The position numbers and the translations under genes are program-made. From the NCBI GenBank assembly GCA_016716005.1, contig JADJXE010000001.1:655011-719010 (forward strand): a stretch of DNA of 64,000 nucleotides, written 5' to 3'. Below are positions 45,652 through 54,889 of the stretch, piece by piece (the first letter of the stretch is position 1; every line of letters begins with the position of its first letter). A model generated the notes under the pieces. That model was not told the origin of the DNA, made no database searches, and worked only from the letters and a program-made list of their open reading frames with translations. The DNA is from Acidimicrobiales bacterium. Lineage in GTDB: Bacteria; Actinomycetota; Acidimicrobiia; Acidimicrobiales; JADJXE01.

Positions 45652-46059
45652 TCAAGGCTCGGGGGGTCCCTCGGCGTGGGCGTCGGCGTCGGGGCCGGCC
45701 GGACGGACGTCGAGCAGGCGATCGGTCTGGGCCCGCTGCTCGACGAGCAGGCGGGCCAGCCACAGCCGGCCGAACCGGGCCAGCGAGTACCGCAGGAACA
45801 GGGCGGCGCCGCACACCGACACGGTGAGGCCCACGATGGCCACGATCGTGTAGTCGCGCTGGGTGAGGGGGTTGGTGGTGGCGTGCGAGCCGGACACCGC
45901 CACGATCCCGACGGCGATGCCGCCGAGCATGGCGGCGACGCCCACCGCCGCGAGCAGCTGCTCGCGGCCCGAGACGGGGTCGCGCCGCCGCACCGCAGCC
46001 ACGTCGCGGCGCAGGCGCTCGGCCCGCTCGTCGCCGTCGGGGGCGTCCGACCGATTCAT
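45652..46059 (-). CDS. small 2-TM membrane protein coupled to the LivF-like ATPase
   Basis: Within ORF 45652..46515. ATG at 46059 forms an ATGA overlap with the LivF stop. Two hydrophobic helices. Confidence 0.6.
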   Translation of the reverse strand: MNRSDAPDGDERAERLRRDVAAVRRRDPVSGREQLLAAVGVAAMLGGIAVGIVAVSGSHATTNPLTQRDYTIVAIVGLTVSVCGAALFLRYSLARFGRLWLARLLVEQRAQTDRLLDVRPAGPDADAHAEGPPEP

Positions 46060-46760
46060 GCGTCCCCCAGGTAGGCCGCCGCCAGCTCGCCGCCGATGTC
46101 GCCGGGGGGCCCCGCCCGCACCACCCGGCCGCCCGCCAGCACCACCACGTGGTCGGCGACCTCGAGCACCAGGTGGGCGAGCTGCTCCACCGCCACGACG
46201 GCCACGCCGCGGCCGGCCACGTCGGCGACCGTCCGGTACAGCTCGTCGACCACCAGCGGCGCCAGCCCGAGCGAGAGCTCGTCGAGCAGGAGCACGGCGG
46301 GGTCGACGGCCAGGGCCCGCGCCAGGGCGAGCTGCTGCTGCTCGCCACCCGAGAGCGAGCCCGCGGGCTGCGAGCGACGCTCGGCCAGCCTGGGGAAGCG
46401 CGCGTAGGCCACCTCCTCGACGGCCGCCAGCCGGGTGCCCGCATAGGTGGCCATCCGCAGGTTCTCGCGCACCGTCAGGTTGGGGAAGACGCCGCGGCCC
46501 TCCGGCACCAGGCACACGCCGGCTCGAGCCAGGTCGTCGGCCGGGGCGCCGGTGACCACCCGGCCACCGACGACCACGTCGCCCCTCGTCAGGGGGTGCG
46601 CCAGCGCGGCCACGCGGAGCAGGGTGGACTTCCCCGCGCCGTTCGGGCCCAGCAGGGCCACGACCGATCCCGCCGCCACCGACAGGTCCACCCCGTGCAG
46701 CACCTCGATGCGGCCGTAGCCGGCGTGCACACCCCGGAGCTCGAGCAGCGGCGCCGCCAC
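46056..46760 (-). CDS. livF: LivF-like branched-chain-type ABC ATPase
   Basis: ORF 46056..46760. GPNGAGKSTLL, LSGGEQQQLALARAL, LLLDELSLGLAP. Confidence 0.9.
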   Translation of the reverse strand: MAAPLLELRGVHAGYGRIEVLHGVDLSVAAGSVVALLGPNGAGKSTLLRVAALAHPLTRGDVVVGGRVVTGAPADDLARAGVCLVPEGRGVFPNLTVRENLRMATYAGTRLAAVEEVAYARFPRLAERRSQPAGSLSGGEQQQLALARALAVDPAVLLLDELSLGLAPLVVDELYRTVADVAGRGVAVVAVEQLAHLVLEVADHVVVLAGGRVVRAGPPGDIGGELAAAYLGDA

Positions 46761-46761
46761 C

Positions 46762-47544
46762 TCAGCGCACCCCCGCGGCGGGCCCGAGGTACGCGGCGAT
46801 CACCCGGGGGTCGGCCCGCACCTCGGCCGGCGGCCCGCTGGCGAGCACCCGGCCCGCGTCGAGCACGTGCACCACGTCACACACCTCGGCGACCAGACCG
46901 ACGTCGTGCTCGACGAGGACCACCGCCAGCCCGTCGGCGGCCAGCGACCGCAGCAGCGGGGTCAGCGCACCCGTCTCGGCTGCGCTCAGCCCCGAGGCGG
47001 GCTCGTCGAGCAGCAGCACCCGCGGTCGGGAGGCCAGGGCGCGGGCCACCTCGACCAGCCGGGCCAGGCCGGTCGGGAGGTTGTCGGCCGGCTCCCCGGC
47101 GAGCTCCCGCAGGCCGAGCCGCGCCAGGCAGGCGTCGGCCACGTCGCCCGGGTCGCTGCCGTCTCGCGTCCAGCGCCGCCGCGCCTCGGCCGCCACCAGC
47201 ACGTTCTCGCGCACCGAGAGCAGGCCGAACAGCTCGAGGCGCTGGAAGGTGCGGGCCAGGCCGAGGCGCGCCCGCCGGCCCGGCCCCATCCCGCGCAGGT
47301 CGCGCCCGCCCAGGCGCACCCGGCCCCCCGCCGCCGGTCGGAGCCCGGTGACCACGTCGAACAGCGTCGACTTGCCGGCGCCGTTCGGCCCGATCAGCCC
47401 CGTGACCCGGCCGCCCGCGGCCGCCAGGCTCACGTTGTCGAGCGCGGTCAGCCCGCCGAAGCGAACCGTGACGTCGTCGACGTCGAGCACCGGCACCGGC
47501 ACCGTCCCGGTCCCGGTCCCGGTCCCGGTCCCTGAGCCGGTCAC
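46762..47544 (-). CDS. livG: LivG-like branched-chain-type ABC ATPase
   Basis: Within ORF 46762..49572. GTG at 47544 forms a GTGA overlap with the permease stop. GPNGAGKSTLFDV, LLLDEPASGL, IAAYLG. Confidence 0.9.
   Translation of the reverse strand: MTGSGTGTGTGTGTVPVPVLDVDDVTVRFGGLTALDNVSLAAAGGRVTGLIGPNGAGKSTLFDVVTGLRPAAGGRVRLGGRDLRGMGPGRRARLGLARTFQRLELFGLLSVRENVLVAAEARRRWTRDGSDPGDVADACLARLGLRELAGEPADNLPTGLARLVEVARALASRPRVLLLDEPASGLSAAETGALTPLLRSLAADGLAVVLVEHDVGLVAEVCDVVHVLDAGRVLASGPPAEVRADPRVIAAYLGPAAGVR
47488..47541. repeat. hexanucleotide microsatellites (CACCGG)2 and (GGTCCC)5 at the 5' end of the livG-like gene
   Basis: The GGTCCC units run from 47503 to 47532. On the minus strand they encode TGSGTGTGTGTGTVPVPV, residues 2-19 of the protein. 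Confidence 0.9.
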
Positions 47545-49514
47545 GACACCTCCCCCACGGCCCGCTCCAGCGCCGGGGCACCCGCGGCCAGCAGGGCGTC
47601 GAGGGCCAGGGGGTCGTCGGCGGCCCGAGCGGCGCCGTCCCAGACCGCCGCGCCCCCGAGCTCCCGCCACCGGGCCACGACCCAGGCGACCACCCCGCGC
47701 GGGTCGCGGGCGAGGCCCGCCGCGGCCACCCCGGGGAGCAGCACCACCAGCGGATCGAACGCACCGGAGAGGCGGCCGAACAGCGAGAACACGACCAGCC
47801 CCAGCCCGCCGACGAGCGCGCCGCTCACCGCGCCGATCCCACCGACGGCCGTCATCAGCAGCACCGGCAGACTCTCGAAGAACCCGAAGGTCTGGGCGCT
47901 GACCGAGCCCGCGAGCCCGCCGAGCAGCGCACCGCCCACCCCGGCGATCCCGGCCGACAGCGCGAACACCCCGAGCTTGGTCAGGGTGAGGCGCAGCCCG
48001 AGGGTGGCGCAGGCCGCGGGGCTGTCCTGCACGGCCAGCAGCACCCGGCCCAGCGGCCCCCGCCGCAGCACCACGACCACGAGCGCCAGCAGCGCGAACA
48101 CCAGGGCCAGGAGCACCAGCTGGGCCCGCTCCGACTCGAACGAGACCCCCGGCAGGTCGAGGCGACCCACCGTGACGGTGCCGCTCTCGAACAGGGGCAC
48201 ACGCCGGCCCAGGACGCCGACCGAGGGGATCGTGAAGACCCAGCGGTCGAGCAGCACCGCGAAGGCGGCCGTGGCCAGGGCCAGGTAGATGCCCGACAGC
48301 CGGATCGCCGGGAGGGCCACCACGGCGCCGACGGCGCCGGCGACGAGGAAGGCCAGGACGAGGCCCCCGGCCCGGCCGTCGGCACCGGCGTGGGCCATGA
48401 CGAGGGCGCCGACGGCGGCGAAGCTCATCTGGCACAACGAGAGCTGCCCGGCCCACCCGACGAGCGGCACCAGGGAGAGCCCGACGATGGCCAGCCCCAG
48501 GCCCCTGCCGACGAGGAGGGAGTCGCTCGGCGACAGGACGCCGCCCAGGGCGACCGCCGCGGCCACCAGCACCGCTCCGGCGGCGAGGGCGGCGACGGGT
48601 GAGGGCGCCGGCACCCACGCCCGACGCCGCGCTCCCGACGGGCGCAGACGCGCGTGGGGCAGGACGAGGAGCGCCACGAACAGGACGATCACCGGGACGG
48701 CCGGGCGCACGCCCCCGAGCCAGCGAACGTCGGTGGGCAGGTACCCGATGGCGTAGGCCTCGGCCACGCCGACCACCACCGCCCCGACGAAGGTCAGGGG
48801 CAGGCTGCGCAGCCGCCCGATCACCGCGGCGGCGTAGGCGTTGACCACCAGGAGCGTGAGCGGGATCACGGAGAGCTGCAGGACGGGGGCGACGAGGATC
48901 CCTGCCACGGCCGCCAGGGCGGAGCCCAGGGCCCAGCCGAGCATCGACGACCGGTCGGGCCGGCCACCGCACAGGCGGAGGAGCTCGCGGTGGTCGACCA
49001 CGGCCCGCATGGCCACGCCGCCCCGCAGCCGGTGGAGCGCGAGGCGCAGCCCCACGGCGACGACCACCGCCACCACCAGGGTGAGCAGCTGGTGCCCGGT
49101 GACGTTCACGGGCCCGAGGTCGACCACGGTGCCGCCGAAGAACGGCGGGAAGGGCCGGGCCTCGGAGGGCCAGCACCAGAACGCCAGGCCCACGCAGGCC
49201 ACCAGCACCCCGACCGAGACGACCACCTTGGTGACCTCGGCGGCGGTCTCGAGGCCTCGGAACACGACCCGCTCGAGGAGCGCGCCGAAGGCGGGGGCGA
49301 GCACGCCGATCACGACGAGCGCGGCCAGGGGCGCAGGCCACCCCCAGCCGTAGCGCAGCTGCCAGTACGTGAACGCGGCGAGCATCCCGATGGCGCCGTG
49401 GGCGAAGTTGAAGATCCCCGAGGTGGCGTACGTGAGCACCAGACCACCGGCGGCGATGGCGTACACGGCCGCGGCCGACAGCCCGAGCACGGTGAAGGCG
49501 AGGAGGTCGCTCAC
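47541..49514 (-). CDS. fused LivH-LivM-like ABC permease (657 aa)
   Basis: Within ORF 47541..49943. GTG at 49514 forms a GTGA overlap with the SBP stop. ...TSGIFNFAHGAIGM... and ...LVGWAGQLSLCQMSF... Confidence 0.85.
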   Translation of the reverse strand: MSDLLAFTVLGLSAAAVYAIAAGGLVLTYATSGIFNFAHGAIGMLAAFTYWQLRYGWGWPAPLAALVVIGVLAPAFGALLERVVFRGLETAAEVTKVVVSVGVLVACVGLAFWCWPSEARPFPPFFGGTVVDLGPVNVTGHQLLTLVVAVVVAVGLRLALHRLRGGVAMRAVVDHRELLRLCGGRPDRSSMLGWALGSALAAVAGILVAPVLQLSVIPLTLLVVNAYAAAVIGRLRSLPLTFVGAVVVGVAEAYAIGYLPTDVRWLGGVRPAVPVIVLFVALLVLPHARLRPSGARRRAWVPAPSPVAALAAGAVLVAAAVALGGVLSPSDSLLVGRGLGLAIVGLSLVPLVGWAGQLSLCQMSFAAVGALVMAHAGADGRAGGLVLAFLVAGAVGAVVALPAIRLSGIYLALATAAFAVLLDRWVFTIPSVGVLGRRVPLFESGTVTVGRLDLPGVSFESERAQLVLLALVFALLALVVVVLRRGPLGRVLLAVQDSPAACATLGLRLTLTKLGVFALSAGIAGVGGALLGGLAGSVSAQTFGFFESLPVLLMTAVGGIGAVSGALVGGLGLVVFSLFGRLSGAFDPLVVLLPGVAAAGLARDPRGVVAWVVARWRELGGAAVWDGAARAADDPLALDALLAAGAPALERAVGEVS

Positions 49515-50923
49515 CCCCCGGCCCCCGCGCCGGCGGCGCCGCCCGGCCGGCCACCCGGCCCCCACGCGGCATCGCCCACCGACACCACGTAGGCGGGATC
49601 GCAGGCGAAGCCGTCGCCGGGGGGCTGGCGGCGGACGTAGCCGTCGGGGGTCACCTGCAGGACCATCACGCAGTCGGGCCACTGCCTCGACGCCGGGTCC
49701 ACCGGCACGTGCAGCCCGCCGCCGGTCCAGCCGGTGACGGCCCGCGCCCGGTCGAGCAGGCACTCGCGGGTGAGCTCGGACCCGCAGGCGGCGGCCGACC
49801 GGGCGAACAGGAGCCACGCCGACCAGGCCTGCATGCCGAGATGGCTCGGCTTGGCGCCCGGCGCCTCGCGGGCGAGCACGTCGAGGTACTGGCGGGTCGC
49901 GGCGTGGCGATCGGCCTCCTCGAACGGGTGGTAGTGGAGCCACACGAAGGTGTCCCTGGCGTTGCGGCCACCCAGCTCGACGTAGCGGCCGTTGTAGTGG
50001 CTGGCGTCGAGCACCGTCAGGGCGGGGAACCAGCCCTGGTCGGCCATCGCCTGCTGGAGGGCGACGAGCATGGTGGGCTCGCCGAAGAACTCGAACATGG
50101 TCACGCCGGCGTCACGCATCGCCTGCACGAACGGCGCCCAGTTGGCCTCGCCGGCCAGGTTGTAGGGGGCCGCGTAGGCCACGTCCCAGCCCAGCTGCTC
50201 CACGGCGGCGACGGCGCGATCGGCGTACGACCGGCCCTGCGGGGCGTTGAACCACAGGACCCCGAAGCGCCTCGGCAGGGCGGGGTGCTCCTGCTGGAGC
50301 ATCCGGTAGATGCCCACCCCCCACTGGTCGCTGGGGTTGGGCAGCGCCTCCACGAGCAGGTCGGCCTCCGCCGCCGCGGGCGAGACGGTGAGGGCGTTCA
50401 CGTCGGGCAGGCCGCACGCCACCCGAGCCTCGACGCCGGTGTCATCGAGGATCCCGCCGCCGCCGACCAGCGCCAGGTCCCGGTCGCACGCCTCCAGCAC
50501 GCGGGGCCGGTACTCCACCAGGCGGGCGTCGAGCAGGTCGACCTCGAGCCGCCGGCCCAGGATCCCCCCGGCGGCGTTGCACCAACCCACGAAGGCCTCG
50601 GCCGTGTCGAACAGCTCCTGGTTGGTGCCGGGCGCACCGGAGAACCCGGGATCGGCGATCGTGCCCACCCGGATGGCGTCGTCGCTCACCCCGACGTCGG
50701 TGGCGCCGCTGGCGTCACCCGGTCCGCACACGGCGGCCAGGTCGCCGAAGTCGCCGGTCGGCGCCGCGGCCGACCCCACCGCCGGCGCACCCGGGGCGGC
50801 ACGGCCACCGGGAGCGGCGTCCTCGACCTGGCCGGCCGGGCGGCCGCAGGCCGCCGCCACCAGCACGAGGGCCAGAGCCAGCACGGCCCGCGGCGCCCAC
50901 GCCCCCGTCGCCGTGCGAGCCAC
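49511..50923 (-). CDS. Leu/Ile/Val-type ABC substrate-binding lipoprotein
   Basis: ORF 49511..50971. The start is probably GTG 50923. Lipobox LVAAACG. Confidence 0.75.
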   Translation of the reverse strand: MARTATGAWAPRAVLALALVLVAAACGRPAGQVEDAAPGGRAAPGAPAVGSAAAPTGDFGDLAAVCGPGDASGATDVGVSDDAIRVGTIADPGFSGAPGTNQELFDTAEAFVGWCNAAGGILGRRLEVDLLDARLVEYRPRVLEACDRDLALVGGGGILDDTGVEARVACGLPDVNALTVSPAAAEADLLVEALPNPSDQWGVGIYRMLQQEHPALPRRFGVLWFNAPQGRSYADRAVAAVEQLGWDVAYAAPYNLAGEANWAPFVQAMRDAGVTMFEFFGEPTMLVALQQAMADQGWFPALTVLDASHYNGRYVELGGRNARDTFVWLHYHPFEEADRHAATRQYLDVLAREAPGAKPSHLGMQAWSAWLLFARSAAACGSELTRECLLDRARAVTGWTGGGLHVPVDPASRQWPDCVMVLQVTPDGYVRRQPPGDGFACDPAYVVSVGDAAWGPGGRPGGAAGAGAGG

Positions 50924-51092
50924 GCACCCTCCCTGGGCCGGGCCCGACCCTGCGCCGGGCGCCCGCGGCACCGCGGACAGCCTGGCACGGTGCCGACGCC
51001 GGCGGAGGCCCCGAGCCGTCGGCGGCCGGCCCGTCCCTCAACCCGGCTCGCCGCCTGCCGACGGGACGCCCGTGGAACAGGCGCTGGACACG

Positions 51093-51767
51093 ATGGACAC
51101 GACGCCGACGACGGGGAACGGGCAGCTCGACAGCCTCGCCGGGGCCCGACCCTCCTACACCGGCCATCCGCCGGCCGACGACCTGGTGCACCGCATCGTG
51201 GTCGCGGTCGACGGACAGGTCGGGCAGCGGCTCGCCCAGTGGGGCGTCCAGCTGGCCGAGCTGCAGGCCACGATCGAGGCGGACCGGGAGCGGATGCGGC
51301 GCGAGCACGAGCGCCTGCTGGCCCGCCTGGACGACGTCGTCGAGGAGGTCACCGTGGGGCTCGACCGGCTGGCCGTGGCCTCCCTGGCCGACGCCGAGCG
51401 GCGGGGCGCCGAGGAGCGGGTGCTCATCGAGGCGGCGCTGGCCGACGCCGCCCCCGAGCCGGGGCACGACACCTCGGCCTCGCCGCCGGAGGGTCCGTGG
51501 GACCCCGAGGGCGGCCCCGCCGACCTCGACCTCCTGCTGGGCGAGCCGGCGACGACCTGGGACGACGTGGCACGCGAGCTGGCCGATCCGTCGCCCGACG
51601 CCCCGGCGCCCGCCGAGGACGACCCCGAGCACGAGCCCGGCTGGTACCGCGACCCCGATCCGCTCTCGCCGGTCGGCACGCTGCGCTGGTGGACGGGCCG
51701 CCACTGGACAGACCACACCCGCCTCCTCACGCTCGCTCCCCACCTGGGCAACGGTCCGGCCGCGTGA
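51093..51767 (+). CDS. DUF2510-domain protein with an N-terminal coiled coil
   Basis: Within ORF 50310..51767, with ATG at 51093. The C-terminus GWYRDPDP....LRWWTGRHWTDHT is the DUF2510 signature. Confidence 0.7.
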   Translation: MDTTPTTGNGQLDSLAGARPSYTGHPPADDLVHRIVVAVDGQVGQRLAQWGVQLAELQATIEADRERMRREHERLLARLDDVVEEVTVGLDRLAVASLADAERRGAEERVLIEAALADAAPEPGHDTSASPPEGPWDPEGGPADLDLLLGEPATTWDDVARELADPSPDAPAPAEDDPEHEPGWYRDPDPLSPVGTLRWWTGRHWTDHTRLLTLAPHLGNGPAA

Positions 51768-51827
51768 CCCGGGGGGCGTGACCCGCGGGCCCGGGGCCGG
51801 GGGGCGCCCACTCGCCCGCCCGACCGC

Positions 51828-52640
51828 CTACGGCATCGCCGCCGCGCCCCCGGGCGTCTCGCCCTCGCTCAGGCGCTGCGCCAGCCAGGCGGCCGGGATC
51901 GACAGCACCATCACGATGGTCGACGCCACCGCCACGTTCGGCACCCGGTTCGGCCGGCTGATGTTGCTGAAGATCCACTGGGGCAGCGTCTCGACGCCGG
52001 CCCCGGCCGTGAACGTGGTGACGACGATCTCGTCGAAGCTGAGCGCGAAGGCGAGCAGCCCCCCGGCCAGCAGCGCCGACCGGATGAGCGGGAACGTCAC
52101 ATAGCGGAACGTCTGCCAGCCGTCGGCCCCGAGATCGGCCGACGCCTCCTGGAGGTTCGGCGACAGACGGCGCAGGCGGGCGATCACGTTGTTGTAGGCG
52201 ATCACCACGCAGAAGGTGGCGTGGGCGATCACGACGGACGAGAACCCGAGCGGGAAGCCGACCCGCAGCATGGAGTTGCGCAGCGCCACCGCGGTCACGA
52301 TGCCGGGCAGGGCGATGGGCAGCACCACGAGGAACGACACCGCGCCGCGGCCGAAGAACCGGAAGCGCTGCAGGGCGAAGGCCAGCAGCGAGCCCAGCAC
52401 GAGGGCGACGAGAGTGGCGAGGAGGGCGACCTTCACCGACGTCGCGAAGGCCTGCCGGGGCCCCTCGATCCGGAGGGTCTCCGACCACCAGGACGTGGTG
52501 AACCCCTGGGGCGGCCACGACAGGGAGCGGGCCGTGTTGAAGCTCAGCGCCACGATCACGGCCAGCGGCAGGTACGACACCACCAGGCCGAGCCAGGCGA
52601 GGATCCGCAGGGTCCAGCGTGCGGGCTGCGAGAGGCGCAT
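51828..52640 (-). CDS. potC: spermidine/putrescine-type ABC permease (PotC-like)
   Basis: ORF 51828..52640. EASADLGADGWQTFRYVTFP (EAA loop). Confidence 0.85.
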   Translation of the reverse strand: MRLSQPARWTLRILAWLGLVVSYLPLAVIVALSFNTARSLSWPPQGFTTSWWSETLRIEGPRQAFATSVKVALLATLVALVLGSLLAFALQRFRFFGRGAVSFLVVLPIALPGIVTAVALRNSMLRVGFPLGFSSVVIAHATFCVVIAYNNVIARLRRLSPNLQEASADLGADGWQTFRYVTFPLIRSALLAGGLLAFALSFDEIVVTTFTAGAGVETLPQWIFSNISRPNRVPNVAVASTIVMVLSIPAAWLAQRLSEGETPGGAAAMP

Positions 52641-52653
52641 CAGCGGCCGCCGG

Positions 52654-53583
52654 TCACAGGTTCTCGAACGCCCCGAGGCGGTTCATGACGACCAGGTAGG
52701 CGATCATGATGAAGATCGGCCAGAGGGTGAAGGCGGCCGCCAGGGGCTGGTTGGGGGCGAGCATCGTGCGGGCGATGAGGTTGCCGATCAGCTGGGTCTT
52801 GCCGCCGAGCACCACCGGGATGATGTAGTCGCCGAGGGCGAGCGAGAACGTGAAGATCGACCCGGCTGCGATGGACGGCACCAGCATGGGCAGCACCACC
52901 GACCGGATCGTGCGCCCCGGCCTGGCCCCGAGGTCGCCCGACGCGTCGAGCAGCGACGTGGGGAGCCGCTCGAGGCCGGCGTAGATCGGCAGCACCATGT
53001 AGGGGAGCCACAGGTAGGCCAGGCCCAGCGTGACCGCCAGCACCCCCGTGCCCGGGGTCCAGCCGATCGTGCTGGCGAGCACGCCGCCGCTGGTGTCGAT
53101 GCCGAACTCCGAGCCGGGCTGGAACACCGCCTTGAGGGCGTAGCCCTTCACCAGGTACCCGGCCCACAGCGGGAGCAGGGCCGCGGTGATGAGCGCCCGG
53201 CGGGCCCAGGGCGCGGCGATCTTGGCGATGTAGAAGGCCATGGGCAGGGCGATGAGCAGGTCGATGATCGTCACGGCCGTGGCCACGCCCAGGCTGCGGA
53301 GCACCACCGTGCGGTACTCGGGCACGGTGAACGCCTCGTGGACGTTCTCGAGCGTGGGGGTGCCCGTCACCTGGAACGACCTCGTGTCCAGGGTGAAGAA
53401 CGCGGTCACCACCAGGATCGCGATCGAGCCCACGTAGACGACGAGCAGCCAGGCCAGCGGCGGCCCGAGGGTGCCGCCGAGGCCGAGGCCGCGGTGGCGG
53501 CTGAACCCGCGCGCGATGCGCCGGGTGGGGCCCGGCGAGGGCGGCGCAGCGGGCGCGTCGGCGGCAGCGGTCGGGGCGGTCAT
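52654..53583 (-). CDS. potB: spermidine/putrescine-type ABC permease (PotB-like)
   Basis: Within ORF 52654..53634, with ATG at 53583. DASGDLGARPGRTIRSVVLP (EAA loop). Confidence 0.85.
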   Translation of the reverse strand: MTAPTAAADAPAAPPSPGPTRRIARGFSRHRGLGLGGTLGPPLAWLLVVYVGSIAILVVTAFFTLDTRSFQVTGTPTLENVHEAFTVPEYRTVVLRSLGVATAVTIIDLLIALPMAFYIAKIAAPWARRALITAALLPLWAGYLVKGYALKAVFQPGSEFGIDTSGGVLASTIGWTPGTGVLAVTLGLAYLWLPYMVLPIYAGLERLPTSLLDASGDLGARPGRTIRSVVLPMLVPSIAAGSIFTFSLALGDYIIPVVLGGKTQLIGNLIARTMLAPNQPLAAAFTLWPIFIMIAYLVVMNRLGAFENL

Positions 53584-53647
53584 CAGGGGTGGTGCGGGGG
53601 TGTGGCCGGCCCCGGGAGGCCCCGGTTGGGCCACACCCCCGGGCGGG

Positions 53648-54889
53648 TCAGGCCCGCAGCTGGTTCCAGGCGTTCACCCAGTCGGTGTAGCCGACGCACG
53701 TCACGTCGGTCCGGCCGTCCAGGCACGTCTCCTCGGGAGTGGTCCAGTACCAGACGTCCTCCCAGTACGCGGTGTCGGCCGCGTGGAACGTGGCGCAGTG
53801 GTCCTCGTCGGCGGTCAGGTCGCACGAGAGCTCGTTCGACGGCGCCTCGCCGAACCACTCGGCCACGGCCGCGTTGGCCTCGGGCGAGATGATGTGGTCC
53901 ATCCACAGGTACATGCAGTTCGGGTGCTGGGCCTGCGACGAGATCATCCAGGTGTCCGACCAGCCCGTCGCCCCCTCTTGGGGCTTCACCGCGTCGATCG
54001 TGGCGCCGTTGGCCTGGGCCAGGTTCACGATCACCTGCCAGGTGGTGCCGGCCAGCACGGTGCCCTGCTCGAGCGCGGCCTGCTGGTCGGTGTAGAGCGA
54101 CCAGTACTGCCCGACGATGTCCTTCTGCTGCTCGAGCAGCGCGACGGCCGCATCGAACTGCTCCTGGTCGAGGGCGTACGGGTTGGTGATGCCCAGGTCG
54201 GGCTGGGTCGCCATCAGCCACAGGGCCGCGTCGGCGATGTAGATGGGCGAGTCGTACACGCTGATCGAGCCGGCGAAGGGGCCCTCGGCGTCCCACATCG
54301 CCCCCCACGAGGTGGGCGTCTCGGCCCCCGCCGCCTGGGTGTTGTAGACGAGCAGGTTGGCACCCCGGCCGTGGGGCACCCCGTAGGGCACACCGTCGAC
54401 CGAGTTGTGGGGCTGCAGCTTCAGGTCCTCGAACACGTCGGCATAGTTCGGGATGAGATCCACGTTCACGGGCGCGACCTCCCCGCCGGCGATGAGGCGC
54501 AGGGTGGCGTCACCCGAGGCGGAGACGCCGTCGTACTCACCCGACTGCATGAGCTCCACCATCTCGTCGGAGGTGTTGCCGATCTTCACGTTCACCTGGC
54601 AGCCGGTCTCCTCCTCGAAGCCGGTGACCCAGTCGACGGTCGGGTCGGTGGAGCCGTCCTCCACGTAGCCGGCCCACGCCACCAGGTTCACCTCGCCCTC
54701 GGGCTCGCCCAGCTCGGTGAGCATCTCGCCGCCGGCGGCCCCGCCCCCTGCCTCGGTGGTGTCGGTGGCCCCGCCGCCGGTCTCCGCGGTCGTGGTGTCA
54801 CTGGCGCTGTCGTCGTCGTCGCCACCACACGCGGCGAAGACCAGCACCCCTGCGGCGAGCACCGCCACGAGCCTCGTGCCGTACCTCAT
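53648..54889 (-). CDS. potD: polyamine-type ABC substrate-binding lipoprotein (PotD-like)
   Basis: ORF 53648..54889. Lipobox VFAACGG. The ATG overlaps the potA stop (ATGA). Confidence 0.8.
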   Translation of the reverse strand: MRYGTRLVAVLAAGVLVFAACGGDDDDSASDTTTAETGGGATDTTEAGGGAAGGEMLTELGEPEGEVNLVAWAGYVEDGSTDPTVDWVTGFEEETGCQVNVKIGNTSDEMVELMQSGEYDGVSASGDATLRLIAGGEVAPVNVDLIPNYADVFEDLKLQPHNSVDGVPYGVPHGRGANLLVYNTQAAGAETPTSWGAMWDAEGPFAGSISVYDSPIYIADAALWLMATQPDLGITNPYALDQEQFDAAVALLEQQKDIVGQYWSLYTDQQAALEQGTVLAGTTWQVIVNLAQANGATIDAVKPQEGATGWSDTWMISSQAQHPNCMYLWMDHIISPEANAAVAEWFGEAPSNELSCDLTADEDHCATFHAADTAYWEDVWYWTTPEETCLDGRTDVTCVGYTDWVNAWNQLRA

